Part shown: piece after piece, positions 14,632 through 21,057 of the stretch
Layout of the letters: every line of letters starts with the position of its first letter
Position numbering within the stretch: position 1 is the stretch's first letter
Virus record (IMG/VR): IMGVR_UViG_3300045988_109852
Span: 1-38,441 of that record
Length of the DNA stretch: 38,441 nucleotides
From: a virus
Strand: one strand, 5' to 3'
Program-made: the position numbers and the translations under genes
The notes under the pieces: model-generated
Told to the model about the DNA's origin: nothing
Databases searched by the model: none
What the model saw: only the letters and a program-made list of their open reading frames with translations

Positions 14632-14874
14632 TTATTGCCCGTGTCCGTTGTCGCACGAAACGTACTTCGGATTGAATGTTTTCAAATCCTTCTTCGGAAA
14701 CAGCTGCGCGATCAGCGACAGCATCGGCGCGATCCGGATGCAGAGCTCTACGAAGCGGGCCGCCTGCGCTTCCGTCATGTTTTCGGCATAAAGCGCCGAC
14801 CGGTATTTTCGGCTGTTCGGATGAGAACATCCTTTTTCCGCGTCCGTGCTCACGCGCACCCAGCAGCTTGTCAT
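14632..14874 (-). CDS. Hypothetical 80-aa protein
   Basis: MTSCWVRVSTDAEKGCSHPNSRKY... This is the in-frame tail of a longer ORF that is spurious upstream of this Met. Confidence 0.4.
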   Translation of the reverse strand: MTSCWVRVSTDAEKGCSHPNSRKYRSALYAENMTEAQAARFVELCIRIAPMLSLIAQLFPKKDLKTFNPKYVSCDNGHGQ

Positions 14875-14919
14875 GTAGTCCTTATTCACTCTTGTCCCTC
14901 CTTTCTCCGCCCCCCGCGA

Positions 14920-14949
14920 GGGGCGGCTCGTTGCATCGCTTTGTGTTGC
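14920..14949 (+). repeat. Direct repeat DR1 (duplicated promoter/operator block)
   Basis: GGGGCGGCTCGTTGCATCGCTTTGTGTTGC is identical to 15312-15341. Looser similarity continues about 15 nt further. Confidence 0.85.
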
Positions 14950-14974
14950 GCTTTTCCCGCTCCTGCGGTACGAT
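14946..14974 (+). promoter_or_regulatory. Putative promoter P1 for the small HTH gene
   Basis: TTGCGC (14946-14951), 17 nt, TACGAT (14969-14974). The -35 lies in DR1 and the -10 lies in the left inverted repeat. Confidence 0.4.
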
Positions 14975-14988
14975 GAAAAATGCCACGG
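14966..14988 (+). repeat. Inverted repeat, left arm
   Basis: CGGTACGATGAAAAATGCCACGG matches the reverse complement of 15286-15308 at 22 of 23 positions. Confidence 0.85.
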
Positions 14989-15019
14989 CTGTGTGCTGCT
15001 TTGTATCTCCATCTCGGAG

Positions 15020-15250
15020 ATGAAAGGTGGTGGTACATTGCCGCACCCGGAAAAAGAGGGTCTCGTGCTGTTCTTCCTGAACAAGCAGGATAACGCCGTC
15101 TTTGCCCGCCGTCTCGGTGTCTCCGTTCGGACGCTTTGCCGTCTGTACCGCGGAACTGAGAGAATGAGCCGTTCTGTTCGCAGGAAAGCTCTTTCGATTC
15201 TCGGCGTGTCTGAAGACGAGTTTTCTTTCCTTGTCTCGAATGTCGCCTGA
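15020..15250 (+). CDS. Small XRE/Cro-like HTH protein
   Basis: AVFARRLGVSVRTLCRLYRGTERMSRSVRRKALSILGVSEDEF is HTH-like. The start is uncertain (ATG at 15020 or GTG at 14993). Confidence 0.45.
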   Translation: MKGGGTLPHPEKEGLVLFFLNKQDNAVFARRLGVSVRTLCRLYRGTERMSRSVRRKALSILGVSEDEFSFLVSNVA

Positions 15251-15258
15251 TTCCCGGA

Positions 15259-15285
15259 GGGAGGCCGCCCACCGGTCTCCCTTTT
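15259..15285 (+). terminator. Rho-independent terminator of the small HTH gene
   Basis: GGGAGGCCG-CCCAC-CGGTCTCCC (one G-U pair) followed by TTTT. Confidence 0.55.
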
Positions 15286-15308
15286 CCGTGGCATTTTTCA
15301 TCGTGCCG
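15286..15308 (+). repeat. Inverted repeat, right arm
   Basis: CCGTGGCATTTTTCATCGTGCCG. Confidence 0.85.
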
Positions 15309-15311
15309 CTC

Positions 15312-15341
15312 GGGGCGGCTCGTTGCATCGCTTTGTGTTGC
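15312..15341 (+). repeat. Direct repeat DR2
   Basis: Identical 30-mer to DR1. Confidence 0.85.
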
Positions 15342-15367
15342 TTTCCGCCTCCGCTTTCTGATATACT
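15338..15367 (+). promoter_or_regulatory. Putative promoter P2 for the 15389 gene
   Basis: TTGCTT (15338-15343), 18 nt, TATACT (15362-15367). The -35 lies in DR2, in the same place as in P1. Confidence 0.4.
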
Positions 15368-15388
15368 GTCTTTGGCGGTGATAGATAT

Positions 15389-15919
15389 ATGAAAAAGCTC
15401 CTCTGCTTCTTCCTCGTGATCCTTGTCCTCGTGTCCCCGGCGCTGGCCGCGGACGGCTCCACGCTCGTGTACACCACGCGCACTGGCGAGTGTTACCATC
15501 GGTACTCGTGCTCGTCTCTCAGCAAGAGCTGCTATGAGACGACGCTCTCTCAGGCCGTCGCCGACGGCTACCGTCCCTGCGGCCGCTGCCACCCTCCGAC
15601 GCTGGATTCCGGCTCGTCATCGGCAAAGCCCTCGCTTTCCGACCGCATCGCAGCGAACAACTCCTCCGGCAGCTCGTCCGGCTCGTCGTACTCCGGCTAC
15701 TCCTCGGGCAGCTCGTCGTATTCGTCCGGGTATTCCTCTGGCCAGTCCTCGTCCAGAGCATCGGCCAGTTCGTCCCGCGCGGAAAAAGATAAGGGTCTGA
15801 TCGTCCGGATTCTCGAAAAGATCGTTGCCGGTCTGGCTCTTATCTTCATCGTTCCGCCATTCTCATTCATTACATGGAGCATCATCAGCGTGCTTCGAGA
15901 TAAAAGACGTGGTCGCTAA
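15389..15919 (+). CDS. Secreted/anchored protein: signal peptide, Cys-motif domain, Ser-rich linker, C-terminal TM
   Basis: MKKLLCFFLVILVLVSPALAA is the signal peptide. TRTGECYHRYSCSSL...GYRPCGRCHPP is a C..H...C...C..C motif. It is followed by SSGSSSGSSYSGYSSGSSSYSSGYSSGQSSS and the hydrophobic segment LALIFIVPPFSFITWSIISVL. Confidence 0.6.
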   Translation: MKKLLCFFLVILVLVSPALAADGSTLVYTTRTGECYHRYSCSSLSKSCYETTLSQAVADGYRPCGRCHPPTLDSGSSSAKPSLSDRIAANNSSGSSSGSSYSGYSSGSSSYSSGYSSGQSSSRASASSSRAEKDKGLIVRILEKIVAGLALIFIVPPFSFITWSIISVLRDKRRGR

Positions 15920-16037
15920 GGCGAGCCTCACACATTGCTTTGCTCTTTTCGGAGCACCGCTCCGCTCTTATGGTGCAATCATATGCTCTATTAGTGCATT
16001 TGTCAAGCCCCTTTTTGCTCTATTGGAACATTTTTTC

Positions 16038-16066
16038 TTGACTTTCTGTTCTAAGGCTGTTAAAGT
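16038..16066 (+). promoter_or_regulatory. Putative repressor promoter
   Basis: TTGACT (16038-16043), 17 nt, TAAAGT (16061-16066). Confidence 0.5.
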
Positions 16067-16089
16067 GTCCTCGAAAGGAGGTGCTGCCT

Positions 16090-16479
16090 ATGTCCGTTGG
16101 CAGTCGTATCAAAGAGCTGCGCAATTCTCTTGACCTCACGCAGCAGAAATTCGCCGACCGTCTCGGCATCCAGCGCGGAATTATCGGAAAATATGAAGTT
16201 GATGTTTCCGCCCCATCCGATGCGGTGATCTCGCTGATCTGCCGCGTATTCAATGTGCGGGAAGCCTGGCTCCGCGATGGCACCGGCGAGATGCTCGAGG
16301 TAAAGCCCCGTGCCGAGGAGCTCGGCGAGCTTGTCCGTAAGCTTCTGGCCGACCGGCCGGAGTCCTTCCGCTCCCGCCTCATCACCAGTCTCCTGCGCTT
16401 CGAGCCCGATTCCCCCGAATGGCAGATCCTTGAGAACATCTATAATTCCATCGCAGCCGAAAAAGAGAGCAGGGAATAA
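16090..16479 (+). CDS. CI-like XRE-family repressor
   Basis: MSVGSRIKELRNSLDLTQQKFADRLGIQRGIIGKYEVDVSAPSDAVISLICRVFNVREAWL is a classic XRE HTH. AAAGGAGG lies 8 nt upstream of the ATG at 16090. Confidence 0.8.
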   Translation: MSVGSRIKELRNSLDLTQQKFADRLGIQRGIIGKYEVDVSAPSDAVISLICRVFNVREAWLRDGTGEMLEVKPRAEELGELVRKLLADRPESFRSRLITSLLRFEPDSPEWQILENIYNSIAAEKESRE

Positions 16480-16496
16480 TCCCCGCTCTCTTTTTT
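16465..16496 (+). terminator. Terminator after the repressor gene
   Basis: GAGAGCAGGG-AATAAT-CCCCGCTCTC (one mismatch) followed by TTTTTT. Confidence 0.6.
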
Positions 16497-16499
16497 GTG

Positions 16500-16528
16500 T
16501 TGACAACGTGTATATTATGTAATACAAT
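16500..16528 (+). promoter_or_regulatory. Consensus-like promoter with overlapping palindromes (TA operator)
   Basis: TTGACA (16500-16505), 17 nt, TACAAT (16523-16528). The spacer and -10 region contain the TGTA-A-TACA and GTATAT/ATATAC symmetries. Confidence 0.7.
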
Positions 16529-16560
16529 GTATATACAAATAATGAAAGGAGCTGATAGTA

Positions 16561-16832
16561 TGGCAACCGCAGTTATGAATATCCGTATGGACAGCGAGCT
16601 CAAGAAGCAGTTCGAGGCGTTCTGCGCCGACATGGGGCTTTCCGTCACCGCCGCCGTCACCGTCTTTGCGAAAAAAGCCGTCCGCGAATACCGCATCCCC
16701 TTTGAGATCGGCGCGGAGATCCCGAACGCCGAAACGAGGAAGGCGATCGAGGACGCCGAGGCCGGCATCGGCTTGAGCGCTCCGTTCCATTCCGTCGCGG
16801 ATCTGATGGAGGCGCTCAATGCTGACGATTAA
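16561..16832 (+). CDS. RelB/DinJ family antitoxin
   Basis: MATAVMNIRMDSELKKQFEAFCADMGLSVTAAVTVFAKKAVREYRIPFEI matches the DinJ/RelB ribbon-helix-helix pattern. It overlaps the toxin gene by 14 nt. Confidence 0.8.
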
Positions 16833-17094
16833 GTACCAGGCAGCCTTCCGCCGGGACTATAAGCGCATCGTCCGCCGCGGCTATGACGTGCGCCTGTTGG
16901 AAACCGTCGTGCAGCTTCTCGCCGAGGAAAAGCCGCTCCCGGAAAAGAACCGCGACCATGCGCTCTCCGGCGACTATATCGGCTTCCGTGAGTGCCACAT
17001 CACGCCGGACTGGCTGCTGATCTACGAGATATCCCATGGCGAGCTGACGCTCTGTCTCACCCGCACCGGCACACACAGCGATTTGTTTGACTGA
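16819..17094 (+). CDS. YafQ/RelE family mRNA interferase toxin
   Basis: MLTIKYQAAFRRDYKRIVRRGYD...LSGDYIGFRECHITPDWLLIYEI...LTLCLTRTGTHSDLF is a YafQ-type signature. Confidence 0.8.
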   Translation: MLTIKYQAAFRRDYKRIVRRGYDVRLLETVVQLLAEEKPLPEKNRDHALSGDYIGFRECHITPDWLLIYEISHGELTLCLTRTGTHSDLFD

Positions 17095-17095
17095 C

Positions 17096-17132
17096 AGAAG
17101 GAACCCGTCGGAATTTCCGACGGGTTCCTTCT
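17096..17132. terminator. Long perfect hairpin (bidirectional terminator candidate)
   Basis: A 17-bp perfect stem, AGAAGGAACCCGTCGGA-ATT-TCCGACGGGTTCCTTCT, between convergent genes. Confidence 0.6.
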
Positions 17133-17137
17133 GCCTT

Positions 17138-17239
17138 CTACGCCGCTTTCAGAAAGCTCCGGATAAACCGCAGCGCCTCCTCGTCCGCATTCTTCAGCAG
17201 CTCCGTGATCTCCGCTATGATCTTCGCCCTCTCTTCCAT
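17138..17239 (-). CDS. 33-aa helical peptide gene (below the ORF-track cutoff)
   Basis: ATG at 17239 with AAGGGGGAAGAA upstream. Translation is MEERAKIIAEITELLKNADEEALRFIRSFLKAA. Confidence 0.35.
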   Translation of the reverse strand: MEERAKIIAEITELLKNADEEALRFIRSFLKAA

Positions 17240-17541
17240 TTCTTCCCCCTTGTCATTTTGTTACATTTCTTGTTATTCTCTTGTATATTCTTACAAATTT
17301 ATATATTTTCCATGCCGTTCTGCCGCGGATCGTGGTATAGTGTAGGTGAACGCCCGGGGTAGCCGTGCCACAGGCCCGCCCCGGACGCATGCCTCAGGGC
17401 GTCCCGCTCGCCCTGCTGTGACTGTATCGTAACAGACCGGTGCAAGATCCGAAACCGAACGCTTTGCGGGCGAGCCGGAGTTCAGCTTTTTCGACACGAA
17501 TATATCCCGCTCACCTCGAAAATAACGAAAGGACGGAGAAC

Positions 17542-18060
17542 ATGAACGAAATGGACGCGTTGAAAAACCGCTGGAGAGAGGCGAAGAGCACGCGCACGTT
17601 CCCGGATATTGCCGAAGCCGCCGATCTGTCGCCGAGCACCGTGGAGTACGCCTTTTCCCCAAAATCCACGAACCCCTGCATTGATACGGTCGTGCGCATC
17701 TCCCGGGAGCTGCACGTCTCGCTCGACGATACCTTCGGCATCCTCTCGCCGAGCAATCGTTCGGAGACGGAGCTTGCCCGGCAGGACGCCTCCCACTGGA
17801 AGGCGCGGTATGAAGCAGCCGTCCGGGATATCGAATATCTCCGCACCGTCATTCTGATGCTCGGCGTGTTCTTCTTTGTCGTTGTCATCTGGTGTGTTAC
17901 GCTGGATCTTCGGTGCGCGGATATCGGCTTCTTCCGCGGCGAGTGGAGCTTCGGCGCCGTGTTCTCAATTGCCTGTATTTCGATCGCCGCGCTTATGGTC
18001 GTCCTCGTCATCGTCCGCGTCTGCCGCCGCCACCGGCAGCGCAAAGGAGAAAATGAATGA
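17542..18060 (+). CDS. Membrane-anchored HTH protein
   Basis: The start at 17542 has GAAAGGACGGAG upstream. The N-terminal XRE-like segment is TFPDIAEAADLSPSTVEYAFSPKSTNPCIDTVVRISRELHVSLDDTFG. Two C-terminal TM helices follow. The stop overlaps the int start (ATGA). Confidence 0.6.
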   Translation: MNEMDALKNRWREAKSTRTFPDIAEAADLSPSTVEYAFSPKSTNPCIDTVVRISRELHVSLDDTFGILSPSNRSETELARQDASHWKARYEAAVRDIEYLRTVILMLGVFFFVVVIWCVTLDLRCADIGFFRGEWSFGAVFSIACISIAALMVVLVIVRVCRRHRQRKGENE

Positions 18061-19205
18061 AGTGCTGCAACTGCTCTCGCGAGATCCCGGAAAACTCGCT
18101 GTACTGCAACTGGTGCGGAAAGAAGCAGCTCCGCGAAAAGGAAAAGAAGCTCAAGATCCCCGCTCCCCGGCAGCTCCCCTCCGGCAGCTGGACGGTGCAG
18201 CTCCGCCGCGAGGGCGTGAACGTCACCGAACCCACGGAGGAAGCATGCCGCACCAAGGCCCTCGCCATCCGCGCCGGGTTTCTGGAAGCGGAGAAGGCGC
18301 TCCCCCGGCTCACGCTCGGGCAGCTCCTTGATAAGTATCTGGAAGACCGTCCCATGCTTTCGCCGTCTACCAGGCGAAGCTATCAATGCATCCGCAACAG
18401 CGCTTTTCCCGGCTGCATGGATAAGGATATCCGCTCTATAAACTGGCCGCGCGCCGTTGCGTCAGAATCACAGCGCGTCGCAAAGAAAACCCTGAAAAAT
18501 GAGCTCGGCTTTGTTGCCGCCGCCTACAAGGAGCAGAAGATACCGTTTGACCCCGTGGATCTCGGCGTCGTCCCAAAGGCCGATACTCCGTGGCTGGACT
18601 ATGCGCAGATACTAACCTTCGTGGACGCGATCCGCGACACTCCCGTCGAGCTTCCCGCGCTCCTTGCGCTGCACTCTCTCCGCCGCTCGGAGATCTTCGC
18701 GCTCCGCCCGGAGGACATCGATCTCAAAGCCGAGACGATCTCCGTCTCCGGCGCTACGGTCTATACATCCTCCGCCGAATGGATACGCCGGGAAGAGAAC
18801 AAGAGCGCCCGCTCGCAGCGCGTCGTCCCCATCGTGATACCCCGGCTTCTGGAAATCCTGCAAGACCACAACGGTGATATATGCCCGCTCGGCGACGGCG
18901 TGCGGCGGCAGATCAACCGGATCTGTGCCGCAAACGATCTCCCGGAGGTCGGCCTGCACGGTCTGCGCCGCAGCTTCGCTTCCCTCGCCTATCATCTCGG
19001 ATGGTCGGAGGAAGAAACCATGCGGCACGGCGGCTGGAGCGACTGGAAAACCGTCCATGATTTTTATCTTCGTCTTTCGGTAAAAGATCTTTCCAAGGCC
19101 GCGAAGAAAATGCGCCGGTTCTATTCCGTTAGTAAATCCGTTAGTAAAAAAGGGTCAAAAAACGCTCCAAAACGTACATCTGCCATACCATCCAGCGCAG
19201 AATAA
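18057..19205 (+). CDS. int: Tyrosine integrase with N-terminal zinc ribbon
   Basis: MKCCNCSREIPENSLYCNWCGKK is the zinc ribbon. The catalytic region is LHSLRRSEIFAL...HGLRRSFASLAYHLGWSEEETMRHGGWSDWKTVHDFYLR (R...HxxR...Y). Confidence 0.9.
   Translation: MKCCNCSREIPENSLYCNWCGKKQLREKEKKLKIPAPRQLPSGSWTVQLRREGVNVTEPTEEACRTKALAIRAGFLEAEKALPRLTLGQLLDKYLEDRPMLSPSTRRSYQCIRNSAFPGCMDKDIRSINWPRAVASESQRVAKKTLKNELGFVAAAYKEQKIPFDPVDLGVVPKADTPWLDYAQILTFVDAIRDTPVELPALLALHSLRRSEIFALRPEDIDLKAETISVSGATVYTSSAEWIRREENKSARSQRVVPIVIPRLLEILQDHNGDICPLGDGVRRQINRICAANDLPEVGLHGLRRSFASLAYHLGWSEEETMRHGGWSDWKTVHDFYLRLSVKDLSKAAKKMRRFYSVSKSVSKKGSKNAPKRTSAIPSSAE
19127..19148 (+). repeat. Tandem CCGTTAGTAAA repeats (candidate integrase arm-type sites)
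   Basis: CCGTTAGTAAA occurs twice, at 19127-19137 region and 19138-19148, inside the int 3' end. A third copy, CGTTAGTAAAA, is at 19347-19357 on the other side of the tRNA-like core. Confidence 0.5.
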
Positions 19206-19222
19206 CAGCACGGCAAAACGCC

Positions 19223-19270
19223 GAAAACCCCTTGAAATTGCTCATTTTTCGAGCATTTCAAGGGGTTTTC
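19223..19270 (-). terminator. 20-bp hairpin abutting the tRNA 3' fragment (tRNA terminator carried by the phage; may also stop int)
   Basis: GAAAACCCCTTGAAATTGCTC-ATTTTTC-GAGCATTTCAAGGGGTTTTC (one bulge). On the minus strand it is followed by GGCGTTTTGCC. Confidence 0.55.
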
Positions 19271-19273
19271 CCA

Positions 19274-19310
19274 TGGAGCGGATAATGGGAATCGAACCCA
19301 TCAGTTACCG
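19274..19310 (-). other. attP core: 3' portion of a tRNA gene (T arm, acceptor 3' strand, CCA); not a complete tRNA
   Basis: The minus strand reads ...ATGGGTTCGATTCCCATTATCCGCTCCA, with a GGTTCGATTCC T-loop and a terminal CCA. No matching 5' acceptor (GCGGATA) or D or anticodon arms lie upstream. Confidence 0.7.
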
Positions 19311-19346
19311 CATAAAAGTATTGAAATTACAAGCTTTTCTTGAATT

Positions 19347-19357
19347 CGTTAGTAAAA
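19347..19357 (+). repeat. Third copy of the CGTTAGTAAA motif
   Basis: CGTTAGTAAAA, on the opposite side of the core from the tandem pair. Confidence 0.45.
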
Positions 19358-19396
19358 TCATAAGCAAAACAGCTCCGTTATAAGCGGCTCTGTTTT

Positions 19397-19699
19397 TTAT
19401 CTCCCGTCATAGAGGTTGAGCATCACGCGGATCTTCGCGTCCCGCTCCATGATCCTGTCATGCTCATATTCCCATATGGCGCGCATGCTCTCCGGCGGCT
19501 CTTTGGCATAGTCGCGGATGAGCCGGACGGCCTGCGCGTGGAACATCTCGCAGTGGTCGAGCTCCTGCCGAGCGACGCGCTCGTAAACGTCGCCGAGCTC
19601 CTTGTCCTCGTCCTTGTTTCGCAGGGCGTGCTTTGCGTAGTGCTCGGCTGCGTCCAGCTCGTAGCACATATCTTTGATAAGGCGCTGGATCTTCTTCAT
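19397..19699 (-). CDS. Hypothetical helical protein
   Basis: 100-aa ORF. It is the last gene of the minus-strand operon before attP. Confidence 0.5.
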   Translation of the reverse strand: MKKIQRLIKDMCYELDAAEHYAKHALRNKDEDKELGDVYERVARQELDHCEMFHAQAVRLIRDYAKEPPESMRAIWEYEHDRIMERDAKIRVMLNLYDGR

Positions 19700-19700
19700 C

Positions 19701-20042
19701 TCACAATTCTCCTTTCAGATAGCGGTACAGCTTCTCAAAGTCGCTCCGGTCCAGCCGGAAGTCACCGACGACGGGAAGCGATAGCGTCACCGGCTCATTG
19801 ATGTACGGGCTTACAGCGGAAAAGAGCGCGTCCACGTCCACGCCCTCCGCGCTCACCGCGCCGGTCATCGCAACGAGCGGCTTGTCCTTCGCCGCTTGTA
19901 ACATCCCGGCAGCGTTCTTTGTGGCCAGCGCCGCGTATCCGCCGAGCAGGATCCGCTTCCCGCCGGTCATGTGTGGCAGCATCTCCGCATCGACAAACCG
20001 CGCAAGCCTCGTCTGTAATTCTGTATATGAAACCATAGTCAT
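19701..20042 (-). CDS. Hypothetical protein
   Basis: 113-aa ORF, tightly packed with its neighbour. Confidence 0.5.
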   Translation of the reverse strand: MTMVSYTELQTRLARFVDAEMLPHMTGGKRILLGGYAALATKNAAGMLQAAKDKPLVAMTGAVSAEGVDVDALFSAVSPYINEPVTLSLPVVGDFRLDRSDFEKLYRYLKGEL

Positions 20043-20099
20043 ATCCTCCTTATAGATCAGGCAGGGGAGGGAATGTCACCTCCCCTGCCCGGCGATGTG

Positions 20100-20639
20100 T
20101 CAGGTGCCCGCGGTCGTGGTCGCCGGTTTGACGGTCACTTCGCCCCAGCCCGGGCAGCAGGAGCTGTTCGGAACAATGAGCTTCGTGAGGCTCTGGAGCT
20201 GCGCGATCTGCCCCTGGATGCAGCCGACAGCGGCGGTGTTCGTGCCGTTGTAGACGGCCTGCTGGAGATTCAGAGCGGCCTGCTCTTCCTTGTTCGCGCG
20301 CACCTCGCCGGCAAGGCCGAGAATGCGATTCTCAAGCTTGGTGTAGGCGTCCGTGATCTTGCGGTTCGTCTCGTCCTGGCCTCGCCAGTAGGCGATCTCC
20401 ATGTCCTTCTGCGCGATGGTCTGGGTCTGGTTGAGCTCATAGCGGGAGACGTTGGCGTCGTCGCCGCACTTATGGCTCGCCATGCCCGCGGCGAGACCGG
20501 CGACGGCGGGAGCTACCACGCCGTTACCGCCGAGACCGCCGAAGAGATTGCCGAGACCGCCGTTGAGCAGCCAGCCGGCAGTACCGGCGATGCCGAGACC
20601 GAGGGCGGTCCCGCCCGTAGCTTTGGATGCGTATTCCAT
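20100..20639 (-). CDS. Gly-rich N-terminus / coiled-coil / Cys-containing C-terminus protein
   Basis: 179 aa: GGTALGLGIAGTAGWLLNGGLGNLFGGLGGNG, then a heptad-like region, then NSSCCPGW. The RBS AAGGAGG is upstream. Confidence 0.55.
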   Translation of the reverse strand: MEYASKATGGTALGLGIAGTAGWLLNGGLGNLFGGLGGNGVVAPAVAGLAAGMASHKCGDDANVSRYELNQTQTIAQKDMEIAYWRGQDETNRKITDAYTKLENRILGLAGEVRANKEEQAALNLQQAVYNGTNTAAVGCIQGQIAQLQSLTKLIVPNSSCCPGWGEVTVKPATTTAGT

Positions 20640-20700
20640 GATGATTCCTCCTTAAAAATTTTCCACCGTAGCGCTCCGGTGTCTAAAGAAATCATCGCAT

Positions 20701-20731
20701 AAAAAAGGAGAGCCTCCCTGTCGGGAAGCTC
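20701..20731 (-). terminator. Rho-independent terminator after the 20757 gene
   Basis: On the minus strand, GAGCTTCCC-GACA-GGGAGGCTC (one G-U pair) is followed by TCCTTTTTT. Confidence 0.6.
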
Positions 20732-20756
20732 CCTCTTTCGCTGCGGGAAACTGTCG

Positions 20757-20954
20757 CTAAACTCTCGCCATTTTGGCCTTGATGCACCGGATCTTCCGGT
20801 TCACCGCCGATTCGGACAGGCTCAACGCCATGCACACCTCGACGATGCTTTTGTCCGATACCCGGAGATCAAAGACCCTGCGCTCTGTCGGCGTGAAATT
20901 GCATTCCTTCCGGAAGTATTCCGCCTCCGGCCGCGTAAGATCGCTTAACTGCAT
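20757..20954 (-). CDS. Sigma-70 region-4 / LuxR-type small HTH regulator
   Basis: MQLSDLTRPEAEYFRKECNFTPTERRVFDLRVSDKSIVEVCMALSLSESAVNRKIRCIKAKM. The start at 20954 has AAAGGAG upstream. Confidence 0.6.
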   Translation of the reverse strand: MQLSDLTRPEAEYFRKECNFTPTERRVFDLRVSDKSIVEVCMALSLSESAVNRKIRCIKAKMARV

Positions 20955-21031
20955 AGCCGCTCCTTTCTTTCGGAGCGCCCGTGGTGGCACACGCTGCAAG
21001 CGTCACAAGGCGCGTTTTCTGCGCTTTGTCC

Positions 21032-21057
21032 GGCTCCCCTTTCGGGGAGCCTTTTTT
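21032..21057. terminator. Hairpin at the end of the giant gene
   Basis: GGCTCCCC-TTTC-GGGGAGCC with TTTTTT on the plus side. It overlaps the stop codon of the giant ORF. Confidence 0.45.

Noticed and set aside
14632-15592. Minus-strand ORFs of 220 and 236 aa spanning the regulatory region
   Set aside because: They run across promoters, a terminator and both repeat blocks, and they have Arg/Gly-rich composition. Only the last 80 codons of the first (14632-14874) look like a gene.
17138-17239. The 33-aa peptide gene as an arbitrium-like (AimP) communication peptide
   Set aside because: There is no signal peptide or hydrophobic N-terminus, the product is an acidic amphipathic helix, and no AimR-like TPR receptor gene is nearby.
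19274-19340. A complete tRNA gene next to the integrase
   Set aside because: Only the T arm, the acceptor 3' strand and CCA are present. The sequence where the 5' acceptor, D arm and anticodon arm should be (up to about 19340) does not pair with the 3' acceptor strand. It is treated as the attP core.
20061-20089. The hairpin GCAGGGGAGG-GAATGTCA-CCTCCCCTGC as another member of the repeat families
   Set aside because: It shares the CCTCCCC/GGGGAGG arm composition but lacks hairpin 2 and the tail. It is more simply a stem-loop at the 3' end of the 20100 gene.
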